Of a DNA stretch of 64,000 nucleotides, positions 50,612 through 64,000 are shown in pieces. Origin of the DNA: Botryllus schlosseri (Eukaryota); assembly GCA_051294905.1 (NCBI GenBank), contig CM119376.1, positions 22,382,001-22,446,000 on the forward strand. Reading direction: 5' to 3'. Position numbers and translations under genes: made by a program. The notes beneath the pieces were generated by a model. That model saw only the letters and a program-made list of their open reading frames with translations. It was not told where the DNA came from and did not search any database. How positions within the stretch are numbered: the first letter of the stretch is position 1; the number at the start of each line of letters is the position of its first letter.

Positions 50612-53600
50612 GTGTATGGATGACGGACACGAAGGACCACAACGAAATCCTTTTTTAAATCATCATTCCATTACAATGATCCCCCTTCGTGTCACATCAC
50701 ATTACTATTTTTCAACTATTGTTTCGATTGTACGCTTTTGTGTATCAATGCAATACTAAAGAGTGCGGTCATTTTGAAATCGGCTGTAACGAAGTTGTTT
50801 TACGCGAAGATCAATTTGTTGCGATTTCAGACTAATCTGTTTTCACGTGGCCTTGCGCGTTCGTTCATTACATTTCAAGAGCTTGATGATGCCCCTCCTT
50901 GAGTTGGGATCCCGGCGGCGTGCGAGGTCAAATTTCGATTTTAATTTTCTCGGATTCCTAATTACCCGCGATCCATAATCTCGCTGATTTAAAAGTCGCG
51001 CCGTCTTGCGTCCAGCACTCTGCACAGAATATAATCTCGATGTATCAAGCTCCGCGTAAGTGTTACAAAAATAGCTGGGGGTGCATTTCATATTGCTCTT
51101 TGGGATTTCGCGTAATTACCCGCGGAACTGAATAACCCCGGAGCTTGATTGATTTGTGTTATATTATGTGCAAATCTGACCGGTGTCGCTAATGCGGTAA
51201 TAGGTAATTGATATAGGTGACTCGTAATACTATAATCCCTCGAAAAGAATAAGCTTAAAATATACTGAAATAATATGCATTCTTCGTGTAAGCGCGTATT
51301 TGTAATTCCCTATACATGCATGCGTTGATTGTTGACAGAAATCACCCAAACCTTCAAATGTATACCTCTCGTATTATCTCGTGATAAAGGTCATATTCTA
51401 ATCAGCACCAAGTTTCAACACAATAAAAGGTGTTCTTCATCTTATCGTGCTGCAAGATTGTCACGCAACATAAGTTTTGAAAAGTTTTGAATCTGTGAAT
51501 GAGTTCTCTGCATCTCAAATAATCAACTCCGGCATAACCAGTAATATCTGTTTAGAAACGCATGCTAATTGTTCATGATATATCCAAGAATTGAAGAGCA
51601 TTGGGGCTACAATCGCACAGACATCACATCGTGCCCACTGTGCAATGTGCAAAAAAGGGTAATAGATTTATTCAAATCTCGCGTTGTTTTCGTCTTTCGG
51701 ATAATGTCATTGAATTCCCGCAAGTCAAATTCGTTAAAAAAACTAGCCTTTCATGAATTGAATATACCGAGTAAATACATTCTAAATGTCTTCCGTCTTC
51801 AATATTCGTGTTGTACTATTCGTTCCTGGAAGCATTACACGTTGACCTGTGGCATTGTAAAATGGTTGTTTCAAGTGGGCGTCTTTGTACATGGGAAAGG
51901 CCAGGCTCTGTATACTACCGTGAGCATTAATTAGCGAAGTACGATTTCATTGGAATCGGCCCAATATGAATCATTTCTCCCGGCTTATTGTTTTCCAAAG
52001 TTCTTGTTTTCAGCCGGTTTATAATGGATGAGATTGTGACGGAGTCAAGTTGATCGTCGTTAAAACTGCAATTACATCATCGAAATGATCTTCTCCTGGC
52101 ACAAATCAATTTCACTGTCCATCTCAGGACATAAGTGCGGATTCATTAGTCAGCGCGACTGTGACAGGTCGAGTCGCCGTAAGAAACACACTGAGCACAT
52201 ACACGGAACCTGCTGTGGTAAGTCGACAGGTGAATATGTAAGCTCATATTTTCAGCAGAAATGATTACCCGTTTAAGAAAATGAAACCGTTCTGCTAATG
52301 ATATGAGTAAGACAACGGAATAACCTGCCGTCACAAGCTTCGCCACCTGGTTGTTCTGTACTAGATCTCAAATGAGTTTGCAAGAAATTCATTCTCCGTC
52401 GCAGTTTGCGGTGATCTTGCAAAATCACTTTGTCGTGTTGATTCGATCTTGGATTGCATTGCTATCAGCGTAGTATATTTAGAAGTCCTCGCAAAAACGC
52501 GCAGATTAAGGCACCTATTGAACATGCACGAGCTCGAAACTGATGTTCAGACATATCTAATTTTCCGTAAAATTCCCATTGCAAAATGCAGTCCGTATAT
52601 TTAGTGATATAGATTGAATGTAATGGACGAATGTTACGTTATGTTCGTGCACAACTGATCTTCAATGCCCGTGAGGCAAGACACTAACCAAATACAGCCT
52701 ATAGTATATACCATAGATATTGTATCGTTCACTTAACCCCATATGTAGGATGATGGGGCAGGGATTTAGAACTTTTTTGTGTACGAGTTACGCTATTAGT
52801 TTTTGATCAACTGATATGGTTGAGATACTGTAATTCCCCGATTACAAATTTTCTCCACTTTCTTCGATGGGGTGCGGGTAACAACTCGCGCACCGCCCGC
52901 ATCGTCCCGCCATTTTGCTTCCGATGCATAATTGCCGCTTTGCCCATCTCTCTCATTTGACATTAGTCACTTCATTTGTCGCTTGGTGCGGAGTTAATCA
53001 CATGTACTTTCTTCTTCGTCGGTATCATATATCTACACTCTATTCGAATTCTATCCATTCCGAAGTTTAATCCGAGAATGACAGATCAGGTTAGCACAGA
53101 CCTCATGCGAACGAATATCGGCTCCTATATTTTGATACAAAATTTATAAACACATGCAGTGTCAGAATAATATATCGCTGTCATAAATATTTGTAGATAT
53201 TGCATGCTACAAATTGCCCTTAGCCAGTTCATGATTAGGAGCTCGTTGTCGTTATTACTTTAACCCGGTTGGCTTTGTCATTATCAATCTGCTATGTTTA
53301 ATTACTCACCGTATTATCAAATTTGCGTTTAGACTCTGAGCCATCAAATTGCTCTGAGGTTAGATCACTTGAGTTGATGCCTGATAGGCCTATTTTCAAT
53401 CGGCCGATAACATAGACGGATAGTCTGGTTAACATGAAATCTTCGGATGTCTGCTGTTGCCGTGACGGAGATGCAACGCCGTCGTACGACAGGCATCGCG
53501 GTTTATCGAATTCGCGTGCTGCGTAGTAAGTGTGAGATGCAGTCAGTATATACTTCAAATGCGATTGCAGCGCACAGAATCCTCGGTATCCCGCACACAA

Positions 53601-54051
53601 GATTCCTATAATACAAACAGTTTTGGTTATCGCGTCTGTGGGGTTGGTAGATAATGAGCTGTTATGATCTTCAATTAGGGCAGAACGAGATGCAGAACAG
53701 GGCTAGATAAACCCGTGTCACGCGTGTTCGTAAATTTAGATAAGAGCGAAAAAACACAGGGTGCCACCATTCCGGAACATGTTTTCCGCGGTAAGCAACA
53801 GCGGTCGGTAGTCATCAAATTTTCCAATTAGCTTACTTTGATTTTTGCGATTGAACATATCAGTCGTGCGATCGGATGAGAGAAGTACAGCATTCAAATT
53901 AGAAACAGGAGGATATCAATATCACCACTTTTATTGCATTGAAAACATTCATATTTGCGTATGGTGCGTATCGCAGATTTCTTTACGAAAATACTATTCT
54001 ACTCATAGTTGCGAGCGAGTAAAGAGGTTCGAACTCTGCATATGCAGTAAC

Positions 54052-57000
54052 ATGCTATCGAGCCCAAACAATTCGACTCCGTTTTCCGTAAAAGACATTT
54101 TGAACCTGGAGAGTCAACGTCAACAAGTGGAAGCAGGATTTCTCGTTAACGATCACCACCCGTCGAGTCGCAGGTCAATATCTCACGAAACTTTGCCTCA
54201 AGGAACTATCGAATCAAGTTACGAATATCCCGGGGGAGAAAGGGGTTTTCGCTACGGTAACGGCGCTCCTGGGTCCCCGCTGACTTCATTAGATTGCAAT
54301 ATGGCGTCCTCTGGATTCTCGAAATCGGTTGGAGACGAGCCAAGTTACGCGTACATGGGACCGATGCCACCCCACGAATATGGTTCGGCTCCCATTCCCC
54401 CAACGAGCAATATACGGCATCATTCGCCAATGAGCAATAGTCAATATTACGGACCAGACAAAAACGCGAACATTTACAGACAGAGTGAACCGAGATCAAT
54501 TGAGGAATCCGGAAGAAAACACGGCGACGGGTCAGAAAGGGCTAGCTCTGCCCACTCGGATGGATTCAGCTACACTACTATTACCTCTAATCCAGGGAGT
54601 GTCCCGATGGCGCCAACTGGTTTGAATGGTTCGGGTTTTATGTCGTCGCCAAATTCAACTACTGGCGGCTATCTGAACGAATACGGCTATTCGACTTCGT
54701 ACAGTTCTCCTTCCGGCCAACTACAAGACCCGTCATATCCATACAGTCACCACCAGGCAACTTACCCGCCGACCGACAACGCTACAACTCTCCCAAGACA
54801 TCACTCCCCCAACAGTCATCAGTATGCCTCCTTGCCCTACTCTCAACCGCACCAACAAACTTGCGTCCCCGCCGTCCAGAATGGGTCCTCTCCCCAACCA
54901 ACACATTTTTATCCACGCGGAGGCCCCGCATCGGAAGCTGGGAGTGAAGAACTCATAGACCCCAGCGGTCCAGGTGACATGGCCGATACAGCGAATAATT
55001 TCCCAAGCAGTCAGCCGTTCCCTCGGTCCGGCGTGGACAGAGACAACGCGGACAGCAACGGACTCTATCACGTCAATGAATCTATGCATGCGCGGACGGA
55101 TGTTTCGCAGTTCAATGCAAGCAAGTCGCCGGAATCGCAGAACAAATTGACGGAATCTGATGCCACCCCTGATGATGTGAGCATTCACATGGAAGGTAAA
55201 TCAGTTTTTAATTCCACTTTGCTATCTTGTTATTGGACTGCTAGTGATCGTGAACCGAGTAAACAAATAAATACAGATATAGCTCGTATTAACTCATCAA
55301 ATCCTCCGACCGATAATCGTCACGAGGTCAAATTAATGACAACGATCATGGAATCCCTGCATGATTAGTATAGGAGTCTTCAAGCGTTTCATGGTTTTGC
55401 GATGAATTAGAAACAATTTTCCTTTATTATAAATACTTCTAGGTGACACGAACTTCGGATTCGATTCTAGTCTACAGCACACGCGGTTACACGTCCACAA
55501 AGTTTAACTCTTCATAATGTTTCGCATTGATCCGGATAGGATTTTGTAGTTTGGGTCACGAGTTAACACTTTCCCTGTCGCCTTCAAATCGATCTTCGTG
55601 AATGTACAGTAGAAGTATGCTCCCGACGACAAATTAAGTGAACATTATGCCGACTAAATAAGATCACCGGTCACACTTGGCTAAATTGTTGAAGCCAGAA
55701 GTACAGCCTCCCGAATGTAATATATAAAGTAAATTCAACGCTTGTTTCTCAACGGTTTGCATTAGTGCAGATTCATGTCGACGTATCTTCATTATATTAA
55801 TTCTAAACTGTGTCGCGTCATTTCGCAGTAATATAAACGGATGTTTTTGCGGCAATGAAATTGCCGGCACTACAGTGAATTTCACTAACCAACGACGCAT
55901 ATACCTACCGCATATAGATAATATCTGTAACTGAAACTATATGCGCGCGAGCGCAGGAGTCACCTTGTAAGTAAAGTTAATCCAGTAGCTGTAAGAAATA
56001 GATTTAGTAAATTAACATCAATAACGTATTACATTTCGTTATTCCATAATTAATGAATTCACCGTGCCGATGAATTGGGTTTCTTCGTTCCGTTTGGTCA
56101 TCAAGCGTCTGATTCATCGTTTATAGCCGATGAAATGCTACAATTTTCGTCACAACTCCGCCCGTAATAATTTGACGTATTTGAGAAAAGAATAACTTGT
56201 TTATAATCATGACATATTGACCTTAAAGACCATGTTGCACTCGCGCTTAATCTAACCTGTTCGCGACAGTCGAGCTCTTTTGAAATGTGCGATATGGCAT
56301 CGATCGAATCGAGTTATCTGACTTTATCTAGAAGGCGAATTTTCGCGGCCCAAGTTTCGTGGGAAAATTGGGATTGCTGTAATCGATGGCAGATGAATAC
56401 CCGTTGATTACTCTTGAGTGAAACTGGTAGTTGGTCTTGTCTAATTTGTTTCATTATCATTCCTTACAAATGGACTTATCACCTCCCTTGTTATTAGTCT
56501 CCTAGTGTTCTGTAGATTTGGAAAATCAAAATATGATTGATGTCGTTGTTTAGCAATGGATTTTGATAACGCGAAAGGTGACTGAATCAGAGGGTGACGT
56601 TTTTGAAAGTCGCCATTGTGGCATAACGGATCGGATTCATAAAATTCCAATAAATTTGTCTAATACGTAGACACATAAACATCGAGTAGCAACTATCATC
56701 GTATAATTGGATGGAGCGTTTATTGATGAAATGCGGAGCGTCAGTGGTATGCGGTGTTCAAAATGTATATAATCCAAAAGTGCCGAATATTTCGTCTCTT
56801 CCGATAGCGTATTTGAATATTACCGTGACACACCAAATTATTCGTGTCCATGACATATTTCACGGACTGATAGCCTTTTTTTGTCACCAGCGCAAGCAAT
56901 CTACCGCTTCTCGATTCGATGAATTAACCAAAAATTGCAAACCTCGTTATTGAAATTCGCTAACCAGGCATTCCGACGTGGCCATGAGTCTTCACGTCTA

Positions 57001-60000
57001 TTTCATCAGATTCGCCCGTCTTAGTCACTGCGATTGAACTTCATGAATTCTCGTCAATAAATGTAGTTAGTTCACGTTTTCGAAGAAATTTTCTATCTTC
57101 AAATTAAAGGATTAATGAGTAAGAATGAAATAATAGCCTTGCAGGTCGACCGCAGACCGCAGAAATGACATGGTTTCACTGTAGGTCTTGCGCAGATGGA
57201 CTGGAAAACTCGTGATATTCTCTATATTCACACGAACTTCGTGGTGGGCAAAAGAAGCGGTTGACCTCAGTCTCTGTCATTTAATTCTTCGTATATGATC
57301 TTTCGCTCCACAACATGCAATGATCGTGCTAATAGAATATTGTTTTTTGTTCCGTATCTATGCTCCGAAAGTAGCTTGGATTCTGTATGTGAACATGTAA
57401 TTGATGTTTGCGTAGTCACGTGATTTTATTTCGTTCATGGAACGTTAATGCGATTCTCTTTGCATTCACAAATAGATTGTGGTTTATTTAAGAAAGAAGT
57501 AGTAAATAATTTGTTACACCTCCTACTTGATCTGCTTTAAAGTAGGGTACTTGATGAGCACGGAACGTTAAATAAACTTATGTTGTTGTTCCTAAGTAGG
57601 TAAATATTTGAATAGCTTTGTAAGACTTTGTATTCGGGCAGTATTGTTTTTATTTAGTGTCAATGAATCGATTTGATCACAGTCATGCAGACAGCCAGTC
57701 GTAAGGCGATATCCCGTTCGGTCGGTTAATGATAATTCATTATCCCCCGATCAGTTGTGGTCGTTCGAGCTATACGAAATCGAAGCGACGCCAACATAAC
57801 ATTGCCTAACTGTGAGTAGTTTGCGCACGCTCTGATTGGAAACCCAGTACGCAAAACAATCCTTGCAATGGCGCCTATCATTCTATGGTTCCAGAGACGG
57901 CGTACGGAACTGTAGACAAAAGATTCTACAGCGAGTTTGCAATAGTACGTAGTGGTCGCTAATTATTTCACACACCTGTTTGTCTGATGTTGTGTTTCGA
58001 GTAGATACTTTACTGTCTCGGGCGAAATTAACAGCGTTTCACCAACATATGATTCTAAATACTGACGTTACGGAATTAAGTTGCAAAAAAAACTATAGAA
58101 AAATACATTCCACATCACGGTTGCACTTGAAGTGACACTTGAAATAACATATCATCGAGTATATGCAAAGCATGCTATTATCTAATGATGTTCGTTTGAT
58201 TTGAAAGGAGTAGCAATTAACGCTAACAAGGTATTTTGTTGCCTCGTGCTCATCGACCCTAAATATACGCGGAACTATTGTCTTTATGGCGCACTCATTC
58301 TCACCGTAGTTCGCTGCTGGGCGCATTGTTATGATTTGGCGTGCAATGTATTTGAAAAACATCACGATTTCAAATGTCGTTTTGGTTTCGACTATTGAGT
58401 AGATCTTTTCTCAAGCTATCCCATGCCAAATAAATACTACATTTTCCGGCGACCCAAATTTTATTTTCGGGTTACCAATCCTCGGATATATTTTGCTTTC
58501 AATATGATGAACCACAAATTTGGGTACAATGACTCCTTGCTGTGTTTACATAATCCTAGTTTCAGTGTAGCGCATCACGGAGTCGAAGAAAAGTTCTACA
58601 AACCAAACACAGTATCAAAATATAATTTCCGCGTTTTTGGTATCGTTTTAAAATCCGCGCGGTGTAATTAAAGCAAAAAGTACGCTGTCACAACATGAAC
58701 ATGGAATCGAATTTTGCTAGGAAAATAAGCTTCACGAACCTTGAAATTTTCGGAGACCGTGTCACGCCATGTAGCAAGTCTCGAAAACAGTTGACGATTA
58801 AGGTCATAACTTGTAATTAAGACCTGAACAATATAGTTGACGTAATCTACGCAACCACGCTCGTGCTTAGTTAATTGCTATGCTTAATTGATGGGCAGAG
58901 CACATGAGAATTTCCAGCCTGTGATTTGTATAATACCTGTTCGCAAAAACAACTTATTTTTCTTGGGAAATTACTATAGCTTCGTTTTGAATATCGCTAC
59001 ACCCTTTGCTCTCACGGTGTATATCCACGACTTTCGGAATACATACGGCCTGACATCTGTCTTGTCTTGGGATTAAATATTACCTTGATAGTCTTACCTG
59101 GTTAATGAAAGTAACTATTCACGTCCATTTTTATTGCAAAGATGTGACAGTCGCGGAATGTGTATGATGAAGGTCATGTTTTGTTAAATACTTTTAGCCG
59201 GGAGTCAATCATCGGTCATATGAAAGCTACAACCTGAAAACACGATGTCATCCTGTTTTCGTTACTTTTTTCACTTTCTTGCCGATTTCCCATGCGATCT
59301 CCAAGTCCACTATCGGAGTAAACATGTTGATATTTATGGAGCTACTTCCACCGGCGCGATGTCTCCACATTTATGAGCAAGAAAACGAGAAACCGGTGAA
59401 AACACTTCAATAACACAACAAGCCAATTAAGCAATTTTCCAGAAACCTCACAACTTCTTCCGACGCCGAGAGAGTTGCGGGAGATCGGAGAGCTTGGCTC
59501 CTGTTGTCTTTCACCTCTACAAAATGGCGTCTCGGTTGTGTACTTTAATTCTTCGGTCCTCAATATTCAGAGAGGTCGCCTCAGACCCATTGTGCTTTGA
59601 ACTTGCCCGGGATTTGATGACGCTAATCCGCAATCAGTTACCGTATGTCGAAGGCGTCCGCTCCATCTCCATTTTCCCTATTCGCAATGAAAACAATTTT
59701 CGCTTTAAGAGATACTTCACGACTCGACACGAGACTGTGGATGGATAGATTTACGCATCTATCTACGGTCGCATTAATTTGGATGTTTGTTTGAAATGTA
59801 GCTTTAACATGATGCATGCTTCCTTGTACCAGTTCATTATAATTCCCTTAGTTCATCCGCCGGTGGAAAGTCTTGAACTTTTGATGTTCAATTTCGGTCA
59901 ATTTGCACGGCTCCCTTGTGCATTCCTACTCTTGTAATGTGCTCATGTTCACTACCTGTGTAGTCCACCCTAGTTATGGGGGTAACGGTAATTCATGCCG

Positions 60001-61190
60001 CACGTCTCGCGGAGGAGGATATGAATCAACCCGGGTGATTAATCATGTAGGTTGATCCGACAAGTTTACGTTTTGTTCGGTGGCTCGTTTGCTGCGTCAA
60101 GTCGGTGACAACATAGTTTACGACTCCGTCTTCTGCATCGCTGGTGTATAGTTTCGAAATGATATTCTCTCTCATCGGGATTCCGAATTTCCGTTCCTCG
60201 TTATTCCGCAGCGCGCGATAAAGCAGAACTGCGTCGCCTTTCGTATGTGTGACCTCGCAGTGTCATCAGCACTGCTACAAAGATCGGTTGCATAAACCAT
60301 CGACCGCATATTATCAAAGTCGCGTTATAGCTAGACGGCGGTTATGCTGCGCCAGCCGAATTTCATCTGGTCGCAAAATTTTAATCCACGACATAACAGC
60401 ATTACGTTTTCATTTAGAATCGGAGAAACTAGACAACGTCAGCAATTCCAGTGGAAGTCCCGAGGACGATGACAAAAAGAAACCAGAGGAAGACCCGTCG
60501 AAGAGCAGACAGCGCACGAGGCGCAAACCACGCGTTCTGTTTTCCCAGGCTCAGGTTTTCGAGCTGGAAAGGCGGTTCAAGCAGCAGCGGTATTTATCCG
60601 CTCCCGAGCGGGAGCACCTGGCTCAGTTACTCACACTTACCTCCACTCAAGTCAAGATTTGGTTTCAAAATCGACGGTACAAGTGCAAACGCCAAAGGCA
60701 AGACAAAACACTAGAGTTAGCCAGCGCTTGTCCCCCTCGCAAGGTACACGTGCCCGTTCTTATCAGAGACGGTCAACCATGCCTCCCCAGTCCTACGGGA
60801 TCCATACCAGGTGGGCACCCGTCACTGCAAGCGTCTTACTCCGCGCCGTACAATGTTACAGTTTCTCCTTATCACAGCTATCCGAGCTCTTACACTTCGT
60901 GCGGTTATAATACTTACCACCCCAACAGCAACACGTACTCACACAACGCCGCGGCCGCGGCGGCTGCCGCCGCTTACGGTAGCGCCGCCACTGCCGGGTA
61001 CAATCCGTTGTCGGCTCCGCCAATGGGCTCCGGGATGAGCGCAGTGGGCGGAATCGCTGGCTCCACACTCCACCATCAATCAGCAGTAAGGCCGACAACT
61101 TTCGCTACAATGCAGGGGCAAATGCAACAGCAACCGATCCGAAACCACTCGACCACCGACTATATGTATAAGTTTGGCCTGTGCACATGA
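54052..61190 (+). CDS. NK4: NK4 (tinman / NKX2-3/2-5/2-6 class) homeobox transcription factor, 638 aa, 2 exons
   Basis: Exon 1 (54052-55195) begins [20 protein letters not shown] (TN/eh1 motif) and ends at donor G|GTAAAT. Exon 2 (60418-61190) follows acceptor TTTCATTTAG| and the phases match. It encodes the homeodomain with NK2-class Tyr54 followed by QDKTLEL, the NK2-[20 protein letters not shown], and Tyr-rich and poly-Ala tracts. Additional small exons in the 5.2-kb intron cannot be excluded. Confidence 0.95.
60519..60698 (+). other. Homeobox of NK4
   Basis: [60 protein letters not shown]. Confidence 0.98.
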
Positions 61191-64000
61191 CTAGACCGCG
61201 GATGTAACGACGATCAGTCGTAATCAGACCATGACCTAGCGGGCTGTGGACAGGATCTCTGTATTTATATATGCAGTCCTATACTGGTGAATCGCAACGC
61301 GTTGAAGCGTTCGAATTCGAAGATATTTGACAAGTGCATCTTGTGCAATCAAAATACTTTTATTGTGCTTTTGCTACTCCATATTTAAGAATTTCGATCG
61401 CTGGTCGGTTATTTCGCATATGCACAGATTGCGCACTGACTGTATGTCGTCGTCGTCCGACGGTTAGATACGAAATGGCATTGCTGAATTTATGAATCCA
61501 TTATGAACTGTTTTCATTTGGAAGGTGATTTCAGTAATTATGTCGAAAGTTTGTTGCCGGGAATTGCTAGTAACATTACAATACTTATAGATTAATAACA
61601 AGATATTTTGAAAAACTAAATTATTTTTTCCCAACGTACTAGAACGAATCGAAATAATGGACAGGTGTCAGCATGTAATGAACAAGTTTCTGTTGCATTT
61701 TGTATTGGAAATATAGCCTATGTTGTTATTCGTTCGTGAATACTGAATATACTACAATACTTGATAGTAAATTATGTGAGTGAATATACGCTAAAGTTGT
61801 TAAACTATCTTGTTCTATTTGGTTGTAGAGAGTTATTCCAGCGAAGACCCCTCCCTCAATATTAGAATAATAACGAATATGATCAATAGATGATTACGAT
61901 CTTGGTCTTCATTATAACGTTTTCATTCAGAATATCTTTTAAAAGCAGCCCGTCTTCGTGTCACTTGTGTCAATTTACGACTTCGAATTTTCACTTGAAG
62001 CATCGAAATTTTTATGTCTTAATACTATTATCTTTATGAAATTTTGCTATGTATAGGATTTTGAAGACTGTTTCAACATTGTGTAATATTTATCTCATAT
62101 TTTTCTTTTCCGCTCTCCGATCGCTGCGTTGTCAGCATCTTCTTCGAGACGAAATTCACGTCAATCTTGTCATTCTCATTCGCCCTTTTAGCAAAATTCT
62201 CGCCACCACGACAAGCAATAAAGTATCTGATGATTTAATGCGATTGCGTATTCTCACTTGTTTCTGGCAGACACTAAGAACAACTTTCAGCTTCACTAAA
62301 CAAGGAGGCGTTTGCGATCTAATCTTGGCAAATCGTCTGAGTTACACTGATAAGGGCAACTAGAAAGGGTGTTATTTGCTAGATTAATTGACAAAAATCT
62401 GTCTCTGGAGATTGATGCATCGTGATTACTGACTTTCACAAATCAGGACAGTGAAGTAACCGCGCAGCAACGCGTATATATTCTGTATTGGCTGGATTAC
62501 CGTGCTTATGCATCATAGCGATGTTTGTTGTGGGGACATGTGTTAATTGGCAGCGCTGAGAAAATTTTCACTTACGCCTTGTACGACCGAAAGCCCCATT
62601 TTATCCTATTGAGCGGGCCAGCCGACAGAACAACCTAGATAGGATTAAGTCTGGTAATTTGATATACAAAGAGAGACTAAGGTAATCTAGCCCGATGAGG
62701 AAATTTCAAAGTATGAGACTGGCGCCTCTTTTTCGCCTCCTCTCTGTGAAATCTGCGTTGTTCATCGGGAAATGACCAGTAAATGGACCGCGTATAAGTA
62801 AAATATTTTGAAACATCAGTATATAGCTTAGTATACAATCACATATCCAGGCTGTTTTGAACGATACGTAATCAAATCATCTTTCAAGTCGAGAACATAT
62901 ATAGTTTTGTGGCGATAATTTTATTGATTTATACGTCCGTGTGGAAATGAATTGAAAATATCATGATATACTTCATCTTCTCGCAGGTATGTCTTGAATT
63001 CAATGTGTTTAGGATTGAAATAATATAACAGATAAAAATGTTGAAATCGGAAAACAAAATGGCTCTCAATATCATTCGATGTTTGAAATCTTAAAACCTA
63101 GTCCGATTTCTTTTATATCTTCATTTGTGTCATTCTTGAGCACATTCTAGAGTACACAATCTTCACTAATGCTGTACCGCCATTGATTTTAGTTAGATGC
63201 TGCCTACTTTATCCGGAGGCTTCAAACTATGGTGCACCCAGGTGGCAAGGGTATGTGATAACATGTTTTCGTTGTTTTATAGTTATAGCCGCTTGGATGA
63301 ATTTGATTTTGGTGGAACGAAATCCCTGATTAAAGCGATGGTAATTCCCTTGATAAGCGATCCATGAAAAGTGTGTACCATGCTTTGGAAAACGCAGAAT
63401 TCGGCTAAACCAATTAGCACGTGGTTTATGATTCTAACGAAATGCGAGTTTGTGCCTACGTGGGATATACTGCAGTAAGATTCCATTCGCCCGATGTCTT
63501 CGCGGATGCAAATCTCGAAATTGGCACGAATGCTCCGATTGCGGTCGATTTGCTGAGTCGTAAACGTTATCGAGATATTGCACTTGTTATATCACATCGA
63601 CTACAGTATCTTTGCTATTTCTGTGACGTAGACATATTTCTGGTAGACGAATGTTGATGCGTCTCAATCCGGTGTAATAATATCTCATCTTTGTAAAGTT
63701 CACGAAAAATTCAAATACGACATAAAAACTAGTACACGGATCTTAGATACTAGGCCACACGTGAGATGCGACAGATAACATGATTGCGAAAGGCGCTCGG
63801 ACCTCTGCTCGTTCGCAGTTCGCATTCCTACTTCGAGCTGAAATATGAAAATTACCGTTTTCGTACATAAATCTGCTGTCAGTAAAAGGTGGGATGGGAT
63901 GCAATGGTACAGTAGCCGTGGTGTGGCTCGTACTTTTTTTGCATTCCGCCTTCTGTTCAAGATAGTAAGCGGCAATGTAAGCCAGACGTAGACTTGTCAT

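Noticed and set aside
53845-54051. 69-codon N-terminal extension of NK4 in the ORF track
   Set aside because: It starts at TTG with no in-frame ATG before 54052. The ATG at 54052 sits just before the TN motif, as is typical of NK proteins.
55196-55368. ORF continuation past the NK4 exon 1 donor
   Set aside because: Intronic read-through. The donor G|GTAAAT matches the phase of the homeobox exon acceptor.

Overview
Eukaryotic (animal) genomic DNA. An invertebrate chordate such as an ascidian is inferred, not proven, from the many 58-69 bp introns, tight gene packing and long-form NK4. Recognisable genes are THG1L (-, 5 exons), an intronless SUMF1 (-), C2CD5 (+, about 21 exons, ~1015 aa), an NK4/NKX2-5-class homeobox gene (+, 2 exons, 638 aa) and a tRNA-Ser(UGA). 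Hand splicing also yields two genes the ORF track does not show. One is a 181-aa secreted prohormone-like gene (13387-14001, -) with a TATA box, signal peptide and KR/GRR processing sites. The other is an orphan multi-exon gene with microexons (1432-3590, -). About a fifth of the window is non-autonomous DNA transposons, most delimited by TIRs and TSDs. These include a three-level nest (hAT > Academ-like > hAT-Charlie) and a 1.47-kb foldback element with ~590-bp inverted arms inside a C2CD5 intron. I recognised no transposase. SUMF1 and THG1L lie 332 bp apart head-to-tail with a splice-acceptor-like site before the THG1L ATG, so they may form an SL trans-spliced operon. All coordinates were counted by hand; no database searches were run.
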